A DNA stretch of 64,000 nt from assembly GCA_963802145.1 (NCBI GenBank), contig CAWDHN010000010.1, positions 844,230-908,229 on the forward strand, given 5' to 3'. A program made the translations under genes and the position numbers. The notes beneath the pieces were generated by a model that saw nothing but the letters and a program-made list of their open reading frames with translations, made no database searches and had not been told where the DNA came from. Positions 9,251 to 18,308 of the stretch are shown here, one piece after another (the first letter of the stretch is position 1; each line of letters starts with the position of its first letter). Source of the DNA: an uncultured Rikenellaceae bacterium (GTDB lineage: Bacteria > Bacteroidota > Bacteroidia > Bacteroidales > VadinHA17).

Positions 9251-10263
9251 TTTTTCGCCAGCATACCGCATCCGGCAGATATATCAGTTCCTCTTGATCT
9301 TCGCACCGAAGCCCCTATACCCGATGTGACAAGGAGATGCTTGAACCTCATCATGGTGGCAGCGTCAGAGCTTTTCTCGCTGTCACCTTCAGCAGGGTGA
9401 TAAGGGAGAATATTTACCCTTATGCCTGTTCCCGAAAGCAGTCTTTTCAGCTCTTCCAGATGGCTGTCTGAATCATTTTTCCCCTCTATCATCACATAGG
9501 CTACGGAAAAGCGCCTTTTGCGGCGGTTGTCGTACTCCTGCATCAGGCTGAGTGTCTCCCTGAACGGCCATATGGCTTCGGCGGGTATCACTCCCAGGCG
9601 TTCATCGGAGAAGGGTGAGTGAAGGCTGAGAGTGATATTGCAATCCGTTTCGCAGATCAGCCTTTTTACTGAAGGCGTCACTCCCACCGTCGATACGGTC
9701 ACCCTGCCGCTCCCTGCCGCCAGTCCCCATTCGGCCGTAAGAATAGTGCAAGCCCTGATAACCTCCCCGATGTTGTCACCCGGCTCCCCCATGCCCATAA
9801 GTACAATATTGGTGAAGCCATGAGGAAGGCTTATTACCTGGTTGATTATTTCTCCTGCCGTTAGGTTACCTCCCCAGCCGTTATGACCGGTGGCGCAGAA
9901 ACGGCAGCCCATACGGCAGCCCGACTGTACCGAGATGCAAACCGTCTGGCGTTTCCCGTCAGGAAGCCATACAGTCTCATGCAGGAGCCCGCCAGGTGTT
10001 GAGTAGAGATATTTGACTGAACCGTCGGCAGATACCTCCGAATCCACGGGAGAGGATAACCCGGTGATAAACCCCTCTTCAAGGGCTTCAAGAACTTTTT
10101 TCGGGATGTCATTAATCTCTGCGAATGACTTTATACCCCTCCTGCAGATCCAGTAAAGAAGCCTGCGGGCATGTTTTGGATCAATGCCCCTGCAGGCCAG
10201 AAGAGCCTGAAGAGCTGCGGGATCCGAGCCTGCAATGGGTATGCGGTCCAAAGTTCTTTCCAC
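9241..10263 (-). CDS. rlmN: 23S rRNA (adenine2503-C2)-methyltransferase, radical SAM
   Basis: 340 aa with the radical-SAM motif CRMGCRFCATG. The length and C-terminal Cys region (AGCGML) are typical of RlmN/Cfr. Confidence 0.9.
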   Translation of the reverse strand: MERTLDRIPIAGSDPAALQALLACRGIDPKHARRLLYWICRRGIKSFAEINDIPKKVLEALEEGFITGLSSPVDSEVSADGSVKYLYSTPGGLLHETVWLPDGKRQTVCISVQSGCRMGCRFCATGHNGWGGNLTAGEIINQVISLPHGFTNIVLMGMGEPGDNIGEVIRACTILTAEWGLAAGSGRVTVSTVGVTPSVKRLICETDCNITLSLHSPFSDERLGVIPAEAIWPFRETLSLMQEYDNRRKRRFSVAYVMIEGKNDSDSHLEELKRLLSGTGIRVNILPYHPAEGDSEKSSDAATMMRFKHLLVTSGIGASVRRSRGTDISAGCGMLAKKKV

Positions 10264-10356
10264 GGCGGCAAAGATATTAAATTCCCACTTTCAAACTTTT
10301 TTTCCCATCTTTATGAGGTAATCAGGGGTCTCCCCGGTTACCTGTTCATAAAACTG

Positions 10357-12582
10357 ATGGAAGCACCAACGGGTAAAAAACGGTTCGGCACGGCACCAGT
10401 CTATTTCACTGCTGTTTCCACGATCCTGGGAGCCATTCTCTTTCTGCGCTTTGGTTTTGCAGTAGGCACGCTGGGATTCTGGGGTACCATGCTGATAATA
10501 CTTATGGGTCACGCGGTGACCATACCCACGGCACTGGCCATCTCGGAGCTGGCCACCAACAAGCGTGTTGAGGGCGGCGGGGAATATTTCATAATCTCCA
10601 GGTCGTTCGGGCTGAACATCGGAGCCACCATTGGCATAGCGCTTTTCCTCTCACAGGCTATAAGCGTTGCCTTCTATGTCATTGCCTTCACAGAATCGTT
10701 CGAGTTCCTTTTCAACCTCGTCGCTGACCGCTTTTCGGTGATAATGCCCCGCCAGGTGATAAGCATGCCCGTGATGGTTGTGCTGGGTCTCCTGATACTG
10801 CGCAAGGGGTCCAATACGGGAGTCAAAACCCTCTATGTGGTTGTCGCAATCCTGTTTATCACCATTCTCTTCTTTTTTCTTGGGAAGCCGGGTGCAGACA
10901 GCCTCGCCCCGGGGCAGCTGCCGGCACGTGACATACGCAATATGGGCGACTTCTTCATGGTCTTCGCCATTGTCTTTCCGGCCTTCACCGGCATGACTGC
11001 AGGCGTGGGTCTGTCAGGCGACCTGCGTAACCCGGCAAAATCAATACCCATTGGCACCCTGGTGGCTACAGTGACCGGGCTGGTGGTCTACGTTTTTGTG
11101 GTATACAAGCTGGCTATCTCCGCCTCAGCTGAAGTGATGCTTGAAAACCAGCTTATAATGGGCAAGATAGCTATCGGAGGCGCGTTGATCGTACCGCTCG
11201 GTCTGGCAGCATCCACCATCTCTTCCGCACTGGGTTCGGTCATGGTGGCGCCGCGGACTCTCCAGGCACTGGCGAATGATACCTCCTTCCCTTCAATGAA
11301 ACTCAACCGATGGCTGGCATCAGCCAGGAGCAATGACGGGGAGCCGGTAAATGCAACGCTGGTGACGCTGCTGATAGCATTCGTCTTCGTCGCACTCGGC
11401 GATGTGAACGCGGTGGCAGAGATAATATCCATGTTCTTCCTGGTGACATACGGATCGCTATGCCTGATTTCTTTCCTGAACCACTTCGGATCCTCTCCCT
11501 CCTACAGACCCTCCTTCAGATCAAGGTGGTACTTCTCGCTCACGGGTTTTATTGTATCAGTGATTGTGATGTTCAGGATCAATACTCTCTATGCGATCAC
11601 AGCCATATTGGTGATTGTCATAATATATACCTATATAAATCACTATCACAAAAACAGACAGGGACTCGAATCGCTATTTGCCAACACCCTCTTTCAGATC
11701 AGCAGGAACCTCCAGGTCTTCCTCCAGAAATCGGAGAGTAAAAAGAAGGAGAAGGAATGGAGGCCGGGAGTGATATGCATCTCAAAGGACTCCTTCAAGA
11801 GGGAGAGGGCCTTCAGGCTCCTTAACTGGCTTTCATACAGCTACGGTTTCAGCACCTACCTGCACAGGATAGACGGGTACTACTCGAAAGCCACCAGCAA
11901 GCAGGCGGCTGAGGAACTTGCCCGCCTGATAGAGATATATGAGACATCACACAACCACGTCTATGTCGACACCATCATATCACCTTCATATACCTCTGCA
12001 ATAGTTCAGGCTATTCAGGTGCCGGGGATATCAGGGATGGAGAACAATATGGTCGTCTTCGAATATGACAAGGATAATCCCGAGAACCTGGGAGAGATCA
12101 TTGAGAACATTCGCCTTATCAAGGCCGGCAACTTCGATATTTGTCTCCTTGCCTCAGCCACCAAGGATATGACCTACAGCAAGGGCATACATGTCTGGAT
12201 CGACTTCGATGAGCCGGAGAATGCCAGTCTGCTGATACTTCTCAGCTTCATCATCTCCGGTCACCCTGACTGGAAGAAGTCGTGCATCAAGGTCTTCAGC
12301 ACATGCAAGCCCGGACAGTATGAGGCTGCGCGAAGGGAGCTCTCGGAGCTGATTATTTCAGGCCGGCTTCCTATCACTGAAAAGAACATTGAGATCATTG
12401 AGATTAAAACGGGCAGCTCGGTCAAGAGCCTTATCAATGACAGGTCGTCAACCGCCGCGCTTGTCATGACCGGCTTCAGGCCAGAGAGCCTCAGGCATAA
12501 CGGAGAGGCTGTGCTCAACGGATATGATGAGACAGGGACCATACTCTTCGTGAACTCCCAGTATCAGAAAGAGATCTTATAA
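10357..12582 (+). CDS. APC-superfamily permease with large cytoplasmic C-terminal domain (bacterial cation-chloride cotransporter/SLC12-like)
   Basis: The likely start is MEAPTGKKRFG (ATG 10357). The track start at 10171 overlaps rlmN. About 12 TM helices are followed by a ~270 aa soluble domain. Confidence 0.75.
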   Translation: MEAPTGKKRFGTAPVYFTAVSTILGAILFLRFGFAVGTLGFWGTMLIILMGHAVTIPTALAISELATNKRVEGGGEYFIISRSFGLNIGATIGIALFLSQAISVAFYVIAFTESFEFLFNLVADRFSVIMPRQVISMPVMVVLGLLILRKGSNTGVKTLYVVVAILFITILFFFLGKPGADSLAPGQLPARDIRNMGDFFMVFAIVFPAFTGMTAGVGLSGDLRNPAKSIPIGTLVATVTGLVVYVFVVYKLAISASAEVMLENQLIMGKIAIGGALIVPLGLAASTISSALGSVMVAPRTLQALANDTSFPSMKLNRWLASARSNDGEPVNATLVTLLIAFVFVALGDVNAVAEIISMFFLVTYGSLCLISFLNHFGSSPSYRPSFRSRWYFSLTGFIVSVIVMFRINTLYAITAILVIVIIYTYINHYHKNRQGLESLFANTLFQISRNLQVFLQKSESKKKEKEWRPGVICISKDSFKRERAFRLLNWLSYSYGFSTYLHRIDGYYSKATSKQAAEELARLIEIYETSHNHVYVDTIISPSYTSAIVQAIQVPGISGMENNMVVFEYDKDNPENLGEIIENIRLIKAGNFDICLLASATKDMTYSKGIHVWIDFDEPENASLLILLSFIISGHPDWKKSCIKVFSTCKPGQYEAARRELSELIISGRLPITEKNIEIIEIKTGSSVKSLINDRSSTAALVMTGFRPESLRHNGEAVLNGYDETGTILFVNSQYQKEIL

Positions 12583-12585
12583 AAG

Positions 12586-12618
12586 AAAGGCTGTCACCCA
12601 TGCAGATGACAGCCCTTT
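12586..12618. terminator. bidirectional hairpin terminator between convergent genes
   Basis: The arms aaaggctgtca and tgacagcccttt have one bulge. The hairpin is flanked by A-run and T-run sequence and lies between the permease and dcp stops. Confidence 0.6.
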
Positions 12619-12642
12619 CCTGTAACTTGGAGTACCCGGTTC

Positions 12643-14736
12643 TCAGTTCAGTCCCCTGTTCCTGAGCAGCGGTTCTATCTCCGGCTCACGACCGCGGAAA
12701 TTCAGATACATTTGTTCAGCATCCATGGTACCCATCTTCTCAAGGACATTCTTTCTGAAAGAGGTTGCCGTGGCCTGGTCAAAGATCCCCTTCTCGCTGA
12801 ATGCCTCAAAGGCATCATTGTCAAGAACTGCGGCCCATGTGTAAACATAGTATCCCGCATCATACCCGCTGATCATATGCAGGAAATAGGTGCTGCGGTA
12901 CCTCGGTTCGATCTCGGGTATCAGTCCGATCTTCTGCATAGCCTCCTTCTCGAATTTCTGCACGTCTATATTTACGGGCGCCTCAAGTGAGTAATAGGCC
13001 ATGTCAAGCAGTGAAGCAGCCATGATCTCGACATTGTCGAAACCGGTGTTGAAGTAACTGCTGTTGCGTATCTTTTCAATAAGCTCCTGCGGGATCACCT
13101 CCCCGGTCTCGTAATGTTTGGCGTACATGGCGAGCACCTCCGGCTGGGTTGCCCAATGCTCCATTATCTGTGAAGGCAGCTCCACTATGTCCCATGCCAC
13201 TGTGGTTCCCGAATAATGGTTATCCGAGAAGAGTGCCTGCAGTCCGTGTCCGAACTCATGGAAGAGGGTGAGGACATCATCCATGCTCAGCAGTGCCGGC
13301 TTGTCGCCCGCGGGCGGAGTGAAGTTGCCGACGATGGTTACCACAGGGGTGATCTCCTTTCCGTCAATCACCTTATGATCACGGTATCCGCCGCACCATG
13401 CTCCCTGACGCTTGCTTTCGCGGGGATAGAAATCCATATAGAGTACTCCCACATGGCTGCCATCAGCCTCCTTCACCTCGAAGGCCTGGGCATCGGGATG
13501 AGGCAGGGGGATATTTTCAATGCGTGTAAAGGTGATGCCGTAGAGCTTATTGGATACAGCGAACACGCCGTCGCGGGCGTTATCGAGGCTGAAGTAGGGC
13601 CGTAATTCCGTATCATCAAGATCATACTTCGCTTTGCGGAGTTTCTCGGCATAATACCACCAGTCGTGCGGCTCAAGTTTGAATTTGCCTCCTTCGGCCT
13701 CAATGATCTTCTGCATCTCGTCACGCTCACGCGTTGCCACCGGAAGTGACCGCTCCAGCAGGTCGTTAAGGAGATTGAGAACATTGTCAGGTGTCTTGGC
13801 CATGCGTGTCTCAAGAACGATATCGGCGTGGGTGGCATAACCAAGCAGCTTTGCCCTGTCAGCCCTGAGCCTGACTATATCAGCCATCACCTTGTTATTG
13901 TCATATTCATTGCCGTTGTTGCCGCGGTTGAGATAGGCGTCGTACAATTTCTTGCGCAGGTCGCGGTTTTCAGCATACTGCAGGAAAGGCAGCATGCTTG
14001 GCTTCTGTGTCGTGAAGACCCATTTGCCCTCCAGGCTGTCAGCTTGTGCAAGCTCTGCAGCATTGGCAATGACACTCTCCGGAAGTCCTTTCAGATCAGC
14101 CTCGTTGTCAATCACCAGCTTGAATCCGTTGGTCTCTGCAAGCACGTTCTGGCTGAACTTTACTGTCAGAACGGCCAGCTCCTGGTTAAGCTTCTTCAGC
14201 TTCTCCTGGTCTTCACCCTGAAGCAGCGCACCGTTACGCACGAAGCTCTTGTACAGGTTCTCGAGAAGGAAGAGCTCCTCGTCATTAAGCTGTTCGGCAG
14301 CCCTGTTCTCATAGACGGTTTTTATTTTATCAAAGAGGGTGGCATTGAGCAGTACCTCATCGCTAAAAGCCGACATTCTTGGAGCTATCTCCATCTGGAG
14401 GCTCTCAAGTGTATCATTGGTGTTGGCGCTGGTCTGCGAGTAGAATACATAGGCCACCTTGTTAAGGAGCTGACCGCCACGGTCATAAGGAGCAATGGTA
14501 TTTGCGAATGTGGGAGTTTCCTCCGAAGTGGTTATTGCAGCCATCTCGGCCCTGGCAAGCGCTATGGCAGAGTCGATGGCAGGAAGATAGTGTTCGTTCT
14601 TTATCTGGTCAAACGGAGGAACCCCAAACGGAGTCTTCCACTCGGTAAAAAAGGGATTACCCTGTTCTTTTTTTTCTGTTGTGCATGATGTGACTGCCAT
14701 AATTGCGGCAGCCACCAGGAAAATGATTTTTTTCAT
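12643..14736 (-). CDS. dcp: M3 family peptidyl-dipeptidase
   Basis: It has the zinc motif HEFGHGLQ. The lipoprotein-like signal peptide is MKKIIFLVAAAIMAVTSC, from the ATG at 14736. The protein is ~697 aa. Confidence 0.9.
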   Translation of the reverse strand: MKKIIFLVAAAIMAVTSCTTEKKEQGNPFFTEWKTPFGVPPFDQIKNEHYLPAIDSAIALARAEMAAITTSEETPTFANTIAPYDRGGQLLNKVAYVFYSQTSANTNDTLESLQMEIAPRMSAFSDEVLLNATLFDKIKTVYENRAAEQLNDEELFLLENLYKSFVRNGALLQGEDQEKLKKLNQELAVLTVKFSQNVLAETNGFKLVIDNEADLKGLPESVIANAAELAQADSLEGKWVFTTQKPSMLPFLQYAENRDLRKKLYDAYLNRGNNGNEYDNNKVMADIVRLRADRAKLLGYATHADIVLETRMAKTPDNVLNLLNDLLERSLPVATRERDEMQKIIEAEGGKFKLEPHDWWYYAEKLRKAKYDLDDTELRPYFSLDNARDGVFAVSNKLYGITFTRIENIPLPHPDAQAFEVKEADGSHVGVLYMDFYPRESKRQGAWCGGYRDHKVIDGKEITPVVTIVGNFTPPAGDKPALLSMDDVLTLFHEFGHGLQALFSDNHYSGTTVAWDIVELPSQIMEHWATQPEVLAMYAKHYETGEVIPQELIEKIRNSSYFNTGFDNVEIMAASLLDMAYYSLEAPVNIDVQKFEKEAMQKIGLIPEIEPRYRSTYFLHMISGYDAGYYVYTWAAVLDNDAFEAFSEKGIFDQATATSFRKNVLEKMGTMDAEQMYLNFRGREPEIEPLLRNRGLN

Positions 14737-15019
14737 ATCTACGGTTTTTATTTTAAAAGCAGTAATTTTATGAGGGATCAAAGATAATTTTTTTTGAAAC
14801 GTGCATGAATGACCTAAGTCAGATAGCTATAATGAAATAAGTCATGACAGATATCGGGCGACCAACCTGGATGAGGCTGGAATGCCTTCTGAAAAAATAA
14901 TTGTTAATAACTTGTTGATGGTTGAAACATTTGTCCATGATCCTGAGTATAACTATCGTTTTCCGTTACTAATTTTACATTGAGTTTCGGAGTTAACCTG
15001 AAAAAGAAATTTGTTGCTT

Positions 15020-15487
15020 ATGATGAGACCTCTACCCGCCAAAACCTTACTGCTTACAATTCTCTTCACAGCCTTTACGTTTCAGGCGGCCCTTACACAA
15101 GCAGTACCTCAGGCTAAACTACGCACCACGCCTGACAATCAATTGCTTAATGCAGCCAGGGAAATTACTGTCCCCTCTATGACTGCTGATTCCGGTACTG
15201 CTGCGTTAATATCGGAAAAGGTCTCTCAGGCACGCCCAGACAAGAACATTCTTACCGACAATTGCAAGGTTTACCCGGTACCCGCTATCAATGAGCTTAC
15301 CGTTTCAGGCATCGAGAATGTTTCACTGTTTGAGGTATTTGATGTTACGGGAAACAGAATCATTTCGGAAAAGTGTGACGGCATCGAGATCAAAACTTTC
15401 AATATCAGCCATCTGGCACGTGGCATCTATTTCATAAGACTCACTACACCACTCGGTGCCGTGATGAAGAGATTTGTCAAGGAATAA
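15020..15487 (+). CDS. small secreted protein with T9SS (Por) C-terminal sorting domain
   Basis: It has a signal peptide. The C-terminal ~75 aa (VYPVPAINELTVSG...FDVTGNRII...GIYFIRLTT...KRFVKE) match the Bacteroidota T9SS CTD pattern. Confidence 0.75.
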   Translation: MMRPLPAKTLLLTILFTAFTFQAALTQAVPQAKLRTTPDNQLLNAAREITVPSMTADSGTAALISEKVSQARPDKNILTDNCKVYPVPAINELTVSGIENVSLFEVFDVTGNRIISEKCDGIEIKTFNISHLARGIYFIRLTTPLGAVMKRFVKE

Positions 15488-15510
15488 TCCACCTTAAATC
15501 TCACCTTACG

Positions 15511-15545
15511 AAAAAACCGTCCGGCATTCCGGGCGGTTTTTTTTA
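15511..15545 (+). terminator. rho-independent terminator
   Basis: The sequence is aaaaaaccgtccgg-catt-ccgggcggtttttttt. A GC-rich stem is followed by a T8 run, 24 nt after the stop. Confidence 0.8.
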
Positions 15546-15607
15546 TGAAGGCCGGGTAATTGATTTATAAGGAAGCTATGCAAATATTCATTCCTGGTTT
15601 TCTTTTT

Positions 15608-16678
15608 TCATTCCGGACTTAGATTTTTCTTATCCCTGCTGTAGTTCTTAAGGAGCTTCCCGAATTGTTTGTCACGCTTTCGTTTTTCTGCCAGGGTGGT
15701 CTGGAAGCGCTCCTGCTCCTTTCTTAATTTAAGGTAGTTCTCATAGGTATTTCTGTCGAGCGTACCGTTCTCCAGAGCCGCGAGTACTGCGCAACCAGCC
15801 TCGCTGATATGGTTGCAGTCGGGGAACCGGCACTCCTTGCCCAGGTCAGATATCTCCCCGAAGGTGGCTTTTACCCCCTCCTCAACATCAGTAATCCCCA
15901 CCTCTTTCATTCCCGGAGTGTCAATGATAATACCTCCGTTGTCGAGTATGAAGAGCTCACGGTGTTCGGTCACATGCCTTCCCTTGTTTGTACTGTGGCT
16001 AATTTCACCTGTCCTCAGTCTGTCGCTATGAAGAAGGTTGTTTATCAGAGTCGACTTGCCCACTCCTGATGATCCCATCACACAGCAGGTTTTGCCCTTC
16101 GGGATGTAACCAAGAATGCTGTCAACACCATCCCGGGTTGTGTTGCTGAGCAGGACATGTTGCACATGCCTCCCCCTGCTTTCAAGTTCATGCAGTGCAG
16201 CTTTGATCTCTTCCCCTGTGACAAGGTCAGTTTTACTGAGCACGAGTACCGGTTCAATGCCGGCTGCAAGGCAGATTGCCAGGTATCTTTCCAGCCTGTT
16301 TACACTGAAATTATTGTTAATGGCCTGAACGATGAATGCCACGTCGATGTTCGTGGCAATGATCTGTATTTCACCGGGTTTGCCTATGGCCTGCCTGGAG
16401 AGAACAGATTTCCTCGGTAGAATTCCATGGATTAAGGCCTGACCGGAATCGTAACAAGTCATGCTTACCCAGTCTCCCACAGCCGGAAAATCAGAGCGGG
16501 AGGCAGCGGAGAATCTCATGTTCCCCGTAATCTCAGCATCATATTCATTTGCACCGTCAGAAACAACATACCTCTCGCGGTGTTCCTGGGTCACTCTTCC
16601 AACTGTGAATTCCTCAGGAACATGCTCCCTGCACCAGGCATCCAGTTCTGCTGTCATCCCCAGATCAGCGATATTCAT
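15608..16678 (-). CDS. rsgA: ribosome small subunit-dependent GTPase A
   Basis: 356 aa. It has a circularly permuted GTPase (P-loop GSSGVGKSTLINNL) and a C-terminal zinc knuckle (CRFPDCNHISEAGCAV). Confidence 0.9.
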   Translation of the reverse strand: MNIADLGMTAELDAWCREHVPEEFTVGRVTQEHRERYVVSDGANEYDAEITGNMRFSAASRSDFPAVGDWVSMTCYDSGQALIHGILPRKSVLSRQAIGKPGEIQIIATNIDVAFIVQAINNNFSVNRLERYLAICLAAGIEPVLVLSKTDLVTGEEIKAALHELESRGRHVQHVLLSNTTRDGVDSILGYIPKGKTCCVMGSSGVGKSTLINNLLHSDRLRTGEISHSTNKGRHVTEHRELFILDNGGIIIDTPGMKEVGITDVEEGVKATFGEISDLGKECRFPDCNHISEAGCAVLAALENGTLDRNTYENYLKLRKEQERFQTTLAEKRKRDKQFGKLLKNYSRDKKNLSPE

Positions 16679-16847
16679 ATCAGGATAATTAAGATATTCA
16701 GGTTCCTGCTAATGACTTAAACCGTTTAATAATGCTGCATTAAATTGTTTTCAAGATAGGCAATTTGTCATTTCGCCGGTCTGTTTACCTTCGAAGCAAT
16801 AGCTTTGGTCAAAAGGATCGGCATCGTCTGACCGGGGAGGTGTCTCT

Positions 16848-17301
16848 TTATCTCTTCGTGATCTTTTCGGCTGTCTCAAGATAGACAGGAAGGGCTGCCG
16901 AGCCATACCACATGAAAAGCTCAACATCAAATATTCCGGATGTAACCGTAGGATCTCCTTTCAGAAATTCCCTGGCTTCATCAAGGGTTTTCACATCGTA
17001 AAGGAAGAGTCCGCGGTACTGCCTGTCGTTCTCGTAAAATGGTCCGGCAGCCACCAGCTTCTTTTCCGCTGCGAGGCGATCCATATTCGAAAAATGGCCT
17101 GCGAAGAGACTGTCCCGCAATTCTTTATCCTGTATATCTGCCGGACCCGGTTTTAAGCATGACGAGCACATAGGTCTTCATTCCCCGCTCATCGGCGCCA
17201 AGCTGGTTCGCGAGGGTGGAATCATATTCATGTTTGAGCTCCTGGCTATTTGCCAGTATGGAGACTGCAAGCAGGATTAATGCAGAAAAAAATGTTTTCA
17301 T
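16848..17301 (-). pseudogene. secreted YciI-like family protein, interrupted by a +1 frameshift as assembled
   Basis: The upstream frame (17301..17125) encodes MKTFFSALILLAVSILANSQ...GMKTYVLVMLKTG and then stops. The downstream frame (track ORF 16848..17171) continues PADIQDKELRDSLFAGHF...AGPFYEND. Removing one G from the GGG run (plus-strand CCC at 17146-17148) gives a continuous ...MLKTGPADIQ... Confidence 0.7.
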
Positions 17302-17393
17302 AATTACCAGTTTATCGGGTTTCGCATTATTTCTGAAACAAATAAACGCCGGTTAAGTTTCATCACATTAAAAATAGTGTTGGTAAAATAAAT

Positions 17394-17401
17394 TATATTT
17401 G
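17394..17401 (+). promoter_or_regulatory. candidate -7 promoter box (TATATTTG) for tRNA-Ser
   Basis: It is an exact TAnnTTTG match ending 32 nt upstream of the tRNA 5' end. Confidence 0.5.
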
Positions 17402-17433
17402 CAGCCGCAATGTCTTTTTGATATTGTACGACC

Positions 17434-17520
17434 GGAGAGATGCCAGAGTGGTCGATTGGGGCGGTCTCGAAAACCGTTGTCCGGGTAACTGGACCGTGGG
17501 TTCGAATCCCTCTCTCTCCG
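17434..17520 (+). tRNA. tRNA-Ser (anticodon CGA), class II with long variable arm
   Basis: The acceptor stem is GGAGAGA/TCTCTCC. The anticodon stem-loop is GCGGT-CTCGAAA-ACCGT, giving anticodon CGA. The variable arm is long (GTCC...GGAC) and the T-loop is GGTTCGAATCC. No CCA is encoded. Confidence 0.9.
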
Positions 17521-17532
17521 CAAAAGATGAGT

Positions 17533-17562
17533 GACCCCGCTGCAGGCGGGGTCGTTTATTTT
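17533..17562 (+). terminator. rho-independent terminator after tRNA-Ser
   Basis: The stem is gaccccgc-tgcag-gcggggtc, followed by gtttatttt. Confidence 0.7.
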
Positions 17563-17702
17563 GCTGACGACACGTTAAAAGCTTGCTTTTATAAGTGGCG
17601 GAGGCAGAATAAACGAGACCCGAAGGGGCGCTCATCATTTGCAGGTTCCCCAAAAAGGGATCACGAGCGAATGAAATGAGCGAGTAATCCCCACCAGTTC
17701 CT

Positions 17703-18113
17703 CTACTCCCGCTTCAGATACTTTGAATCCTCCCTGGTATACTCTTTTATCTCATAAGACAGCCTTTCACCCTTCCAGGTATAAATCAGGCGGTCGAGAC
17801 CGTTGCCGAGCAGAGCCCTGTTCTCCAGAACCGACTCATTCCCTGACAAGACAGCCTTCACCACAGTGGAATCACCGGATCTCTCCGTGACAACAGGTAT
17901 CTTCATCGTCCTGAATACCAGGGAGTCAAACATTACACCCTCCCTTACATCCCTGAGGTTGATCGTTACCTGTGTCCCCCTCTCGGTTTCATTGACAAAC
18001 CAGGAGGAATATGATGCTGCCGTAACGGTAAAAGGATTTGATTGCCGGGTTCTCATTGAGCTGCAGCTGATGATGAACAGACTGATCAGGAGAAAAAGAA
18101 TGCTCTTTTGCAT
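17703..18113 (-). CDS. hypothetical lipoprotein
   Basis: 136 aa. It has a signal peptide with a lipobox-like motif (LFIISCSS). I recognised no family. Confidence 0.6.
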   Translation of the reverse strand: MQKSILFLLISLFIISCSSMRTRQSNPFTVTAASYSSWFVNETERGTQVTINLRDVREGVMFDSLVFRTMKIPVVTERSGDSTVVKAVLSGNESVLENRALLGNGLDRLIYTWKGERLSYEIKEYTREDSKYLKRE

Positions 18114-18179
18114 AATGAAACGGTAGTTATGATGTTTTACCCTCCGTCAAAAATAGTGAATCCTAAATTAAAATTGTGT

Positions 18180-18187
18180 TAATTTTG
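18180..18187 (+). promoter_or_regulatory. candidate -7 promoter box (TAATTTTG)
   Basis: It matches TAnnTTTG, about 120 nt upstream of the S41 peptidase gene. Confidence 0.35.
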
Positions 18188-18308
18188 CAGTAGCAACAGA
18201 TTGAAACATTTTATGAAACCCGCGTGTTATGCAAACAAAAACACTCACAAGTAAGACACCATTGACATGAGGGTTCCATAAATTCATTTAAATCAAAAGT
18301 TTACCAAG

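Noticed and set aside
10171-10356. Long N-terminal extensions in the ORF track (10171 for the permease, 2531 for GT2, 44296 for hydC, 46465 for hypE, 29864 for osmC, 14781 for dcp, 33398 for GH2)
   Set aside because: The extensions overlap neighbouring genes or add non-homologous leaders. Internal starts give canonical N-termini or signal peptides.
13828-14688. 286-aa plus-strand ORF antisense to dcp
   Set aside because: It is a shadow ORF of the M3 peptidase gene, with low-complexity Leu/Val-rich content and no start context.
17393-17679. ORFs of 86 aa (-) and 79 aa (+) overlapping the tRNA-Ser locus
   Set aside because: The region folds as a canonical class II tRNA followed by a terminator. 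The ORFs are artefacts of the ORF caller.
17521-17702. tRNA-Ser as an integration site for a genomic island
   Set aside because: I found by eye no direct repeat of the tRNA 3' end (search word TCGAATCCC) elsewhere in the window. There is no integrase or other mobility gene downstream.
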